Shown here in pieces: positions 55,620 to 64,000 of a DNA stretch of 64,000 bases (positions are counted from its first letter, which is position 1; each line of letters opens with the position of its first letter). The notes under the pieces were generated by a model. The model was given only the letters and a program-made list of their open reading frames with translations. It did not search any database and had not been told where the DNA came from. This DNA is from an uncultured Gammaproteobacteria bacterium. Its GTDB lineage: Bacteria > Patescibacteriota > Microgenomatia > Daviesbacterales > UBA10151. A program made the translations under genes and the position numbers. The stretch spans positions 2,234 to 66,233 of the forward strand of contig CAYNFQ010000002.1 of the NCBI GenBank assembly GCA_964396715.1, given 5' to 3'.

Positions 55620-55910
55620 ATGCCAAAAAAGAAACAGCGTTTTGAATGGGACTTTGGAAATGTAGCGCATTTATGGGAGCGGCATCAGGTTCGACCGTTT
55701 GAGGCGGAAGAAGCAATGAAAGACCCTAATGCCATCAAAGGCCCGGATGAACCTCATTCCCAAATTGAAGCCCGTTTTTCAGTAATTGGTAAAACGCGAA
55801 AATCAAGAATACTCTTTTTGGTATTTACTACCAGATTCGGCCGTATAAGGATACTTCATGCACGGGACGTAAAACGAAAGGAGGTAAAAATTTATAAGCA
55901 AAGCTTGTAA
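55620..55910 (+). CDS. brnT: BrnT-like (DUF497) ribonuclease toxin
   Basis: FEWD..N..H...H.V...E.EE pattern. Confidence 0.6.
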   Translation: MPKKKQRFEWDFGNVAHLWERHQVRPFEAEEAMKDPNAIKGPDEPHSQIEARFSVIGKTRKSRILFLVFTTRFGRIRILHARDVKRKEVKIYKQSL

Positions 55911-55919
55911 ATAAGATTT

Positions 55920-56189
55920 ATGAAGAAAAAATTAATAGTACCTAAATTTAAAACTGAAGAAAAGGAGCATCAATTCTGGATGGAGATCGACCTGTCTGAT
56001 TATTTTGCTTCATCCGATTTTAAACATTTTGATTTGGAACAATTTCTAAAAGTTCATGGTGAGCAAAAAACAACCAGGGTAACGATGCGCATACCAACAA
56101 AGATTGTTAAACGCTATAAAGAGAGAGCTTCTGAACTTGATGTGCCATATCAAAGTTTGATGAAGCAACAACTGGCAAAAGGTATATAA
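55920..56189 (+). CDS. brnA: BrnA-like antitoxin
   Basis: 89 aa immediately downstream of BrnT; C-terminal RHH-like. Confidence 0.5.
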   Translation: MKKKLIVPKFKTEEKEHQFWMEIDLSDYFASSDFKHFDLEQFLKVHGEQKTTRVTMRIPTKIVKRYKERASELDVPYQSLMKQQLAKGI

Positions 56190-56314
56190 AAAGTTTTCAA
56201 CCAGCAGGATTTTGGTCTGGAGTTGTTTTCGGGATCTTTTTGGTGTATTATTTGCCCAGCAATCTCTAGTGGTAACCATTAGCTTGGAACGACTGGATGA
56301 ATTACTGATAAAGA

Positions 56315-58090
56315 ATGGATGACAAAGATTTAATCAAAGAGAAAATTAATATTGTAGATCTGATCTCCGAGTATTTAACCTTAAAAAAATCAGGTATTAA
56401 CTTTAAGGCTAATTGCCCATTCCATAACGAGAAGACCCCGTCATTTGTAGTTTCACCGGAACGTCAAATCTGGCATTGTTTTGGATGTTCCAAGGGCGGC
56501 GACATTTATACCTTTTTAATGGAAAAAGAGGGGATGGAGTTTAAAGAAGCATTAGAGATTTTAGCAAAGAAAGCAGGAATTACCTTAACAAGAATTGAGG
56601 GCAAAAAAGATTTTCGGGATAGGCTATTTGAGATTAACCTGAAAGCCCAGGAATTTTTTCACTACATTTTAACCAAACACCCTTTAGGTAAAAGAGCCTT
56701 AAAATATTTGCAAGATAGGGGAGTGTCAGATTCTGCTGTTGAAGAATTCTGTCTAGGTTATGCCCCCAATTCCTGGGAGTCTTTGACAAAATTTTTACTC
56801 AAAAGACACTTTACCTTGAAGGAGATTATCGATTCTGGTTTAGGGGTGCCTGCAAAATCAGGCTGTTATGACAGATTCAGAGGCAGGATAACATACCCTT
56901 TAATTGATGGAAAAGAAAAATTAAGGGGTTTTTCCGGCAGGGTTTTGACCCACCAAGAGCCAAAATATATCAATACTCCCCAAACCCCCATTTTCGACAA
57001 AGGCAGTTTCCTTTTTGGCATGAATTTGGCAAGAGGAGAAATCAGGAATAAAAAGGAAGCTGTTTTGGTGGAGGGTGAGATGGATGTAATTTTATCCCAT
57101 CAGGCGGGCTTTAAAAACGTGGTTGCCTCAAAAGGTACTGCTCTAACAGAGGGTCAAATAGAACTGATTAAAAAATACACTCCAACTATCACCTTGGGAT
57201 TTGATATGGATTTGGCAGGAGATAGTGCCTGCCGGAGGGGTATTGAGATGGCAGATAAAGCAGGGTTGGATATAAAAGTTATTCAACTGATGGGCGGAAA
57301 AGATGCGGCTGATGCGGTACTGGAGGATGTGCAGGTTTGGCAAAAAGCCATAGAGGGGGCTGTACCGATTTATGATTATTATCTGGTATCCGTATCCAAA
57401 AGATTGGACAGCAAAAATCCGCAAGATCTGAAAAAAATCGGAGAAGAACTGATACCTGTTTGGGCAAAAATTACCAATGATTTGGTTCGTGAGCACTATA
57501 TTCAAAAGTTATCGGCATTTTTAAAAACCGATGAAAAAATAATCAGGGAAAATATTGATCAGACAAGAAAGGCGGGAATAAGCACTTTTACTCAGGTATT
57601 AAAACAGCATCCTGCTCAGGATAATGTGGTAGCTGTCAAAAACAGACGGGAGCTTTTGGAAGATTATCTAATAGCCCTCCTGCTTCATCCGCCTGCCGGA
57701 CTTAACTTTGTACCTAACTTTCCTGAAACGCTCTTTTTAAGAGAATACTTCAGACAGATTTATGTGCTGCTGTTTTTATATTTGGACTCAATATCGTTCA
57801 AAAGCCAGTCTTTTAATATTAATGAGTTTATTAAGGAATTGCCGAAAGAGTTACTTTCAGAAGTTGACAGGTTGTATTTAACGGAAATTGACAGTAAACT
57901 TCTCGATGGTAAACTTTGGCAGCAAGAGATAGAAAGTGTGGTTTCCGAACTTAAGAAAGCTTTAATCAAAGCTTCTTTGGAAAAACTCTCTTTGGAGATT
58001 AAAAATGCCCAGGAGTTTGGTAAGATGGAAGTGGTGGAGTCTTTGAACAAAAGATTTAGGGATTTATCAGTGAAGCTCAAGAATTTATAA
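56315..58090 (+). CDS. dnaG: DNA primase
   Basis: Zinc finger CPFHNEKTPSF...WHCFGC; TOPRIM domain. Confidence 0.9.
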   Translation: MDDKDLIKEKINIVDLISEYLTLKKSGINFKANCPFHNEKTPSFVVSPERQIWHCFGCSKGGDIYTFLMEKEGMEFKEALEILAKKAGITLTRIEGKKDFRDRLFEINLKAQEFFHYILTKHPLGKRALKYLQDRGVSDSAVEEFCLGYAPNSWESLTKFLLKRHFTLKEIIDSGLGVPAKSGCYDRFRGRITYPLIDGKEKLRGFSGRVLTHQEPKYINTPQTPIFDKGSFLFGMNLARGEIRNKKEAVLVEGEMDVILSHQAGFKNVVASKGTALTEGQIELIKKYTPTITLGFDMDLAGDSACRRGIEMADKAGLDIKVIQLMGGKDAADAVLEDVQVWQKAIEGAVPIYDYYLVSVSKRLDSKNPQDLKKIGEELIPVWAKITNDLVREHYIQKLSAFLKTDEKIIRENIDQTRKAGISTFTQVLKQHPAQDNVVAVKNRRELLEDYLIALLLHPPAGLNFVPNFPETLFLREYFRQIYVLLFLYLDSISFKSQSFNINEFIKELPKELLSEVDRLYLTEIDSKLLDGKLWQQEIESVVSELKKALIKASLEKLSLEIKNAQEFGKMEVVESLNKRFRDLSVKLKNL

Positions 58091-58155
58091 GGTAACAGGT
58101 AACTAGTGACAAGTAACAAGTTATAAATACTTGTGCCTGGTTACCTTTACTGTAC

Positions 58156-59262
58156 TTGTTACTAACCATTATGGCTAAACACAAGAAAGAAGTACAACTG
58201 GATGCTAAAAAATTATTAAAACTCGGTCAGGAACGGGGTTTCATTACCCAGGAGGAAATTTTGCAAATTTTCCCCAAGCCTGAAGAGGAAATTGAGAGTT
58301 TAGATGAATTCTATATTAAATTGATCAATGAAAACATTGATGTTTTTGAAACAACAGCAGAGGAGCTGGATGCCGATTCTAAAACCGCCACAGAGCTGGA
58401 GAAAGAATTGGAGCTGTTGTCCACTTTGGAAGAAGGCTCAGTGACAGATCCGGTCAGGCAATATTTGCGGGATATTGGCAAAATTCCTCTGCTAACAGCT
58501 ACTGATGAGATAGAATTGGCCAAAAAAGCGGAAAAAGGGGAGAAAAAAGCCAGAGACAGATTAACCTCTGCCAATTTGAGGCTGGTTGTCTCCATTGCCA
58601 AAAAATATGTCGGACGCGGCATGAGTCTTTTGGATTTGATTGAGGAGGGGAATATCGGGTTGATGAGGGCGGTTGATAAATACGACTGGAGAAGAGGCTA
58701 TAAATTCTCCACCTATGCCACCTGGTGGATTAGACAGGCTATCACCAGGGCCATTGCAGACCAGGCCAGGACCATCAGGATTCCGGTTCACATGGTGGAA
58801 ACCATCAACCGTTTTAATAGGACGCAAAGGAGGCTGATGCAGGAATTGGGTAGGGAACCGGCCCCTGAGGAGGTTGCCAAAGCTTTGGAAATTGACCCCA
58901 GCAAAGCCCGTGAGATTATCAAAGTTTCCCAAGAACCTACTTCTTTGGAAACGCCAGTGGGGGATGAGGAGGATTCTCATTTAGGGGATTTTATTGCTGA
59001 CCAGGGTTTACAGCCGGATGAGCAGGCCACTCGTGAGCTTTTAAAAATTCATTTAGATGAGGTGTTGGATTCGCTTTCCCCCAGGGAAAAAAGAGTGCTG
59101 CAGCTAAGATTTGGTTTGGAGGATGGGAAACAAAGGACATTGGAGGAGGTGGGGAAAGAGTTTGGGGTTACCAGGGAAAGAATCAGACAAATTGAGGCCA
59201 AAGCCATCAGGAAATTAAAGCACCCCACCAGGGCCAAAAAACTGCGGGACTACTTAGAATAA
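58156..59262 (+). CDS. rpoD: RNA polymerase sigma-70 factor RpoD
   Basis: Region 2.4 [25 protein letters not shown]; region 4.2 HTH. Confidence 0.9.
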   Translation: MLLTIMAKHKKEVQLDAKKLLKLGQERGFITQEEILQIFPKPEEEIESLDEFYIKLINENIDVFETTAEELDADSKTATELEKELELLSTLEEGSVTDPVRQYLRDIGKIPLLTATDEIELAKKAEKGEKKARDRLTSANLRLVVSIAKKYVGRGMSLLDLIEEGNIGLMRAVDKYDWRRGYKFSTYATWWIRQAITRAIADQARTIRIPVHMVETINRFNRTQRRLMQELGREPAPEEVAKALEIDPSKAREIIKVSQEPTSLETPVGDEEDSHLGDFIADQGLQPDEQATRELLKIHLDEVLDSLSPREKRVLQLRFGLEDGKQRTLEEVGKEFGVTRERIRQIEAKAIRKLKHPTRAKKLRDYLE

Positions 59263-59282
59263 TGTAAAATGTACAATGTAGA

Positions 59283-59648
59283 ATGTACAAAGAAGCTCCA
59301 ATTTATCACATCCGAGAGCGAAGCCTAAAATTCAGTATTCGAATAGTTCAACTAGTACGAACTTTCCCAAAAGACACTTCAGGATTCGCTATTGGCAATC
59401 AAATTATCAGGTCTGGAACAAGCGTGGGTGCAAATATAGAAGAGGCTCAAAACTGTGGATCTAAAAAGGAATTTATCCATACCATGACGATTGCTTTAAA
59501 AGAAGCTAGGGAAACAGAATATTGGCTTAAAATTACAAATGAGGTAAAATTAACCGATAAAGATTTGGTAAGTAACTTACTTTTAGAAGTAAACGAACTT
59601 ATCAAAATCTTAACTTCGATTATTAAGAAGTCAAAACTTAATAGTTGA
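59283..59648 (+). CDS. four-helix-bundle protein of the 23S rRNA intervening-sequence family, copy 3
   Basis: GTSVGANIEEAQNCGSKKEFIHTMTIALKEARETEYWL; flanked by inverted GTACAATGT/TGTACAAAG-type repeats. Confidence 0.75.
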   Translation: MYKEAPIYHIRERSLKFSIRIVQLVRTFPKDTSGFAIGNQIIRSGTSVGANIEEAQNCGSKKEFIHTMTIALKEARETEYWLKITNEVKLTDKDLVSNLLLEVNELIKILTSIIKKSKLNS

Positions 59649-59733
59649 TCGCACCTTAAATTTTATTTCTTTGTACAGTTTATATATTGTATTTTTATAC
59701 ATTTTACATTGTAAATTGTACATTGACCTATAT

Positions 59734-59997
59734 TCCCCTGTAGCTCAACGGTAGAGCGGGATCCTGTAAAATATTGCAGCTTCTTCGAAAAATCGGAGTT
59801 GAAAAATTGGGTTAATTGTCGGGAAACCTTTAAAATGGTAATCCGCAGCCAAGGTCCGATGTAATATCGGACAAGGTTCAGAGACTATACGCCTGAAGCC
59901 TAAAGCGAAAGCAATGGTTATGAGATAGTCCAAGTCCTGATGAAAATCGGGAGCACTTGTAAGATCAAGGTTCGTGGTTCGAATCCACGCGGGGGAG
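59734..59997 (+). tRNA. tRNA-Asn(GUU) interrupted by a 192-nt group-I-like intron (exons 59734-59767 and 59960-59997)
   Basis: Exons assemble to TCCCCTG-TA-GCTC-AACGGTA-GAGC-G-GGATC-CTGT^TAA-GATCA-AGGTT-CGTGG-TTCGAAT-CCACG-CGGGGGA-G, closely resembling E. coli tRNA-Asn. 5' exon ends in U and the intron ends in G. Confidence 0.6.
59768..59959 (+). ncRNA. group-I-like intron in the tRNA-Asn anticodon loop
   Basis: AAUCCGCAGCCAAG...AAGGUUCAGAGACUAUAC ... GAUAGUCC P7 pairing. Candidate P1 between exon CUGU and intron GCAG. Confidence 0.55.
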
Positions 59998-60023
59998 CTG
60001 AGTGGCACTTAATATACCCAAAA

Positions 60024-61700
60024 TTAGGCAATAGCGGGAATAAGGGAGGGTCTGACTTTCTCTATGTCTTCTCTTATCTGTTGTACTAGTCTAAAATCCT
60101 CAAATGTTTTGATAGTACATGCTAATTGTGCAGTTGTATTAAAGTTATGATTCTCGGCACTTGTTACACCAAGGTGAGCCTCATTAAGAACCTGAAGTGC
60201 CGGTGTATATTCAACTTCCACGATTTTCTTGTCTTTTGCCCATATCTTTTGAAAGAAGAAGTGCAGGTAGGCCCTTTTATGGTCTATATCAGCTTTAGCA
60301 TAGCTTCTAGCGATATTTCTAGTTAATTCCAATACGTCATTTACTACCGATATATCAACTGTTCTTATCTTCTCTACCTCTGCTAATTCCTTTTGAATAG
60401 CAAGCATTTCTGCATCTAATTTAGCATTAAGCCTTAGCAGTAATTCAGCAGGTATCTTGTTATTACCATAATCGGTTTCTATCTTTTCTTTTCTCATTTC
60501 AATAGCATCGCGCCTGTTACAGATACCCTTTCTGAAAACTTTTACTCTCTCAATACTGTCTGTATAAACCTCATTTATGTATTTATTAACTGCATCAATG
60601 AAATCTTGCTTAAATTCCAGTTTTTCAACTTGATCCTGTACTTGCTGTTCGAGATCAGTTAGCAATACATACCTTGAGGGACACTTGCCACGTTTCCCAG
60701 TTTGACTGCAGTGGTACATTCCAATTCGGCCATTACCTGTTTTATATTTTTCGTGATAGTGCCATTCAGCCACATACCTGCGACCACAGTCTTTACAAAA
60801 TACAATTCCCCTAAGCAGAAAGTTGTGTTTTCTTTTTCTCAATCCAAAAGCACCCTTTTCATCCAGGATTTTCTGTACTAAATCAAAAGTTTCTTTATCA
60901 ATTATTGGCTCATGCTTACCCATACCCTCCAAACCTCCATGATGCATCCAACCCCAATGAAATTTGTTTCTTAACATTGTGTGAGTAACTGAAAATTGTA
61001 ATGGTCTTCCTTTCTTGCCCAAAACACCATGCTTATTTAGATACTGCCGAATATCGTAAATTGAATAGTTACGAGTTGCATACATTTTAAATGCTTGAGT
61101 AATAAACGGAGCAGAGTTAGGGTCAGGGACTACAATTTTTTTATCATAAGAACCACTTGGGTTAGGATTAAGTATGTTTTTATAGCCTAAAGGAGCAACG
61201 GAAGGATAATAACCTGCTTTGAATTTCTCTGCGGCTGTTTGTTTGACTTTGAAGCTGGTCATTCGTGGATGCAGGGCATTTACGACCGCCATCATTTCAT
61301 CCATTGTCTGGCTTATTGGATCGTCATCAACTATTCCTGTGAGGGGAATGACTTTAACTCCGAATTTTTTCAACTCACTTTTGATATATAGGTATTCGAA
61401 AGTATTGCGGGAGATACGGGAGCTATCTTGAACGATTAAATAGTCAATGTCTTTTTTAGAACACCTAGCTAAAAGAGCTTGGAGTCCTGGCCTATTCATC
61501 GAAGTTCCCGATATGCCATTATCAATGTAACAATCTTCGGCAAGATAACCACCTAAATCTTCTATCTTTTCGAGTATCTTTATCTGCTGGGTTTCAATGC
61601 TTAGATTATCCTTTTGTTCCAACGTAGATACCCGGCAATATGAAAGACAGGCAGGTTTTTTATTGTTTTCGCTGATTGTTTGGTTATCTGATGATCGCAT
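60024..61700 (-). CDS. large serine recombinase (resolvase/invertase N-domain + recombinase + zinc-ribbon domains)
   Basis: Catalytic CLSYCRVSTLEQ...; approximately 560 aa typical of phage/ICE serine integrases. Confidence 0.85.
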   Translation of the reverse strand: MRSSDNQTISENNKKPACLSYCRVSTLEQKDNLSIETQQIKILEKIEDLGGYLAEDCYIDNGISGTSMNRPGLQALLARCSKKDIDYLIVQDSSRISRNTFEYLYIKSELKKFGVKVIPLTGIVDDDPISQTMDEMMAVVNALHPRMTSFKVKQTAAEKFKAGYYPSVAPLGYKNILNPNPSGSYDKKIVVPDPNSAPFITQAFKMYATRNYSIYDIRQYLNKHGVLGKKGRPLQFSVTHTMLRNKFHWGWMHHGGLEGMGKHEPIIDKETFDLVQKILDEKGAFGLRKRKHNFLLRGIVFCKDCGRRYVAEWHYHEKYKTGNGRIGMYHCSQTGKRGKCPSRYVLLTDLEQQVQDQVEKLEFKQDFIDAVNKYINEVYTDSIERVKVFRKGICNRRDAIEMRKEKIETDYGNNKIPAELLLRLNAKLDAEMLAIQKELAEVEKIRTVDISVVNDVLELTRNIARSYAKADIDHKRAYLHFFFQKIWAKDKKIVEVEYTPALQVLNEAHLGVTSAENHNFNTTAQLACTIKTFEDFRLVQQIREDIEKVRPSLIPAIA

Positions 61701-61751
61701 AGTTTAATGATTTATTAGTGATCTATATCTATATTTTCAATGGTTTTAGGT

Positions 61752-62030
61752 TCAATGGCACCGATCAATTCCTGTTAATTGTGCTTCTTGCATCTGGTTG
61801 AGCAATAGCTCACACCAAGCCTTAGCCAACTTTTCTACTTCTTTATTAGCTTGACCGGGGGTAGTATCTTTCCTTTGAACCAACTTTCTATCTAGCCCAT
61901 TTCCTTTTATGGAATTATTAGTTCTTGATGATATCTCTCCTTTTGATATTGAGGCACCCGACAAAAGAGCCAGCCGATCCATCTGATTTTTTAAGATTGA
62001 TTTGTTTGGCTGGCTCCTTCGGGTATTCAT
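61752..62030 (-). CDS. hypothetical protein (island cargo)
   Basis: 92-aa ORF. Confidence 0.3.
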   Translation of the reverse strand: MNTRRSQPNKSILKNQMDRLALLSGASISKGEISSRTNNSIKGNGLDRKLVQRKDTTPGQANKEVEKLAKAWCELLLNQMQEAQLTGIDRCH

Positions 62031-62204
62031 AGTTATTGAAGGACTAATACTTTCCCTTCGAATTCACTTGAATCCAGAAAGTTATCTCCCTGTGATCTAA
62101 CGATGCTATTGTCTGCAAGATAAAAGACATCACCAATAAACCACGTTTTCCCGCCATCCTCAGTGTATAAAGAACACTTTAGTTTCATATCGTCGGGTAA
62201 ATTT

Positions 62205-62513
62205 TTATTCACTTTTGTCCACCTCCCTTCTTTGGGGATTTGAAATCATAAGGGCGGTATTCAATTCATTCCCATTACTATTAACTTTTAAATTAGAGTC
62301 TTGAACTTCGAAGCTAAATGAGTCTTTAATACTCTTTATTTGATTATTTGTATTCCTAGTAAAAATGGTTAAAAACTGATACTTTTCTTTTAATTTTCTA
62401 GTTAATCTTAAATAATCATTACTAATACCTAATTCCCTATGTGTACTTATGTATACATAAGTTAAGTAAACATCTAGTCCATATAAGTCAAAGTTAATAT
62501 AAGTGTTGTTCAT
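62205..62513 (-). CDS. hypothetical protein (island cargo)
   Basis: 102-aa ORF; ATGA overlap with the upstream ORF. Confidence 0.3.
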   Translation of the reverse strand: MNNTYINFDLYGLDVYLTYVYISTHRELGISNDYLRLTRKLKEKYQFLTIFTRNTNNQIKSIKDSFSFEVQDSNLKVNSNGNELNTALMISNPQRREVDKSE

Positions 62514-62872
62514 ATTGGTAATTCATCAATGTTTAATTCTTCTTCTTTTTCTTTATTTACGGCGGCTTCAATTTTTTTAAATTCGTCAGGATAGTAGTGT
62601 TCTTTAGCGGCTTGAATGAATTCTTGTATTACTTTTTCTTGAAGCTCTTTGTAATCGTTTTCGTTTAAAATGACGACACAGTTCTGAAAACCATTGGATT
62701 TAAGAGATGGCATCGTGAAGAAAAGACCAGTATGACTTTGTTTCCAGAGTATAGGGCAAAATCTAAGCTCGATTTCGTCATTTAAGTTCAGAGTAACTAT
62801 AGCCAAGGGATTTTCGTCAATTCCTTTGAGCTTTATTTTAATTTTTACGGTATCTAGTATTTTCATATTCAT
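62510..62872 (-). CDS. hypothetical protein (island cargo)
   Basis: 120-aa ORF. Confidence 0.35.
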   Translation of the reverse strand: MNMKILDTVKIKIKLKGIDENPLAIVTLNLNDEIELRFCPILWKQSHTGLFFTMPSLKSNGFQNCVVILNENDYKELQEKVIQEFIQAAKEHYYPDEFKKIEAAVNKEKEEELNIDELPI

Positions 62873-62888
62873 ATTTGATTGGTTACTA

Positions 62889-63137
62889 CTATTTTTGATA
62901 AATGATCTGTTTTAGCCTTTTTTGGGCCGCAAAGAAAGCCATAGGTTCAACCATGGCTTGCATCTGAAAATATTTATCGATAAGTAAACTCAATTCGTTG
63001 GAGGTTTGGTAAACAAAGGTAACTCTGTTATTCTCTTCTCTTACTGTTCCTGTTAAGGGGATATTTTTTGCCAGCAGGTATGCTGCTAAGCAGAAATCTG
63101 ATGTTTTATAATTCTTATCGTTCATTTCCATATTCAT
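62889..63137 (-). CDS. hypothetical protein (island cargo)
   Basis: 82-aa ORF. Confidence 0.3.
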   Translation of the reverse strand: MNMEMNDKNYKTSDFCLAAYLLAKNIPLTGTVREENNRVTFVYQTSNELSLLIDKYFQMQAMVEPMAFFAAQKRLKQIIYQK

Positions 63138-63217
63138 TGAGTTTTTGAATAACTAGCTATATTTTCGCTCAATGCACAGGAAAGATTAATGAAAGTTACA
63201 GGCCTGTAAAATGCACC

Positions 63218-63802
63218 TTACAGCTCAAGAAGTCTTTTGTAGGTTTGTATCCCTTTTAAAACAACATTTTCGTCTGCTCCAGAGTCAGATTCTTCCGCTA
63301 AAGGATTGACCATCCATTCGTCAGCAATAGTGGTATATTTTTTTCCTGATAAATGTTCCCAATGCCAATGGCGATATTTTCTGATATTCGGTGCAGTATC
63401 AGTCCGTGGTTTATAGTACGATAACCTTTCTTCGGTTTTCATCAATTCTTTCGCTTTCCTAAACTCTTCTTTAACATCTTCGTAGGTTGAAGTCGGAGAA
63501 ACAAATATAGCTATTTGCTCTAATGCTGGCCATGCAGTAACCACGGAAAAATTGACAGTTCTAACCTGAGTTGGTTCAAAGAAGGAAGCATCAGTAGCTC
63601 CGCAATAAATGGCTTGCTTTATGGGTTCAAGAAAGTACGGGGGTCTGTTAAACTCGTAACATATCAAATCGCACTCTGCATCCATAGTTTCAGGTAAGAC
63701 ATGAGAAGTTTTAATATGGTCATAAAATTCAGAAAAAGATTCTTTGACTTCCTCAATCTTGGTATACTTTGATAGGTCGATTTTTACTTTTGTATCTTCC
63801 AT
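63218..63802 (-). CDS. hypothetical protein (island cargo)
   Basis: 194-aa ORF. Confidence 0.35.
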   Translation of the reverse strand: MEDTKVKIDLSKYTKIEEVKESFSEFYDHIKTSHVLPETMDAECDLICYEFNRPPYFLEPIKQAIYCGATDASFFEPTQVRTVNFSVVTAWPALEQIAIFVSPTSTYEDVKEEFRKAKELMKTEERLSYYKPRTDTAPNIRKYRHWHWEHLSGKKYTTIADEWMVNPLAEESDSGADENVVLKGIQTYKRLLEL

Positions 63803-64000
63803 ATAATAGCCTCTTTCGTAATAATTAAGTTCTTCATCATAATCGCTGAGAGGGAGAAGAGTGGTAACATGGTATGTTTTACGTAGGACTGGTAGTAAAT
63901 TCAGAAATTCAGGTTTATCAAATAATAAAGCAAGCTCTTGATAGTAAATGTCGTTATCGGTTTGAATATCAATTTTTAATTCTAATAAATCTTCATTTTG

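Larger units (their letters stand above)
60024..64000. mobile_element. putative integrated element adjacent to tRNA-Asn (far boundary outside window)
   Basis: Serine integrase immediately after the tRNA 3' end, followed by a co-oriented run of small unannotatable ORFs. Confidence 0.45.

Noticed and set aside
59745-60008. 87-aa minus-strand ORF
   Set aside because: Covers the tRNA-Asn exons and intron; it is an RNA gene, not coding.

Overview
This 64-kb window is gene-dense and has the compositional and gene-content look of a small-genome Patescibacteria/CPR-like bacterium; that taxon call is inference. It spans the chromosomal replication origin, with the conserved block rpmH-rnpA-yidD-yidC-jag on the minus strand facing dnaA-dnaN on the plus strand. 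At least five DnaA boxes and an AT-rich unwinding element lie between and around dnaA and dnaN. Core housekeeping genes present are rplY, rnhA, dnaG-rpoD, smpB with an adjacent tmRNA, and comFC. RNA genes are four tRNA-Ser isoacceptors, a probable tRNA-Arg, and a tRNA-Asn interrupted by a group-I-like intron. Also present are envelope polysaccharide genes, several peptidoglycan hydrolases and beta-propeller proteins.

The accessory content is large and unusual:
- A Gram-positive-style type IV secretion (T4SS)-like module: a VirB3-like gene, a VirB4 split into two translationally coupled ORFs, a PrgK-like SLT+M23 hydrolase and a VirB6-like polytopic protein.
- A tandem array of six VirB2/TrbC-like pilin paralogs, including a 500-aa adhesin-pilin fusion and one pseudogene remnant.
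- Three copies of the '23S rRNA intervening-sequence' four-helix-bundle gene. Each is embedded in ordinary operons and flanked by locus-specific inverted repeats.
- A 3-kb island of toxin-antitoxin mini-cassettes (AbiEii, HigBA, RelE, plus VapBC, BrnTA, PIN/AbrB and Phd elsewhere). The cassettes are separated by four copies of a dispersed repeat that ends in a perfect sigma70-type promoter.
- A 1391-aa K/E-rich protein of unknown function driven by the same repeat.
- A cobalamin riboswitch carrying a repeat insertion, upstream of an unknown Cys-rich protein.
- Several families of short dispersed repeats, two of which are inserted in-frame into comFC and a tlyA-like gene.
- A large serine recombinase island next to the intron-containing tRNA-Asn.

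No rRNA and no CRISPR array was seen.
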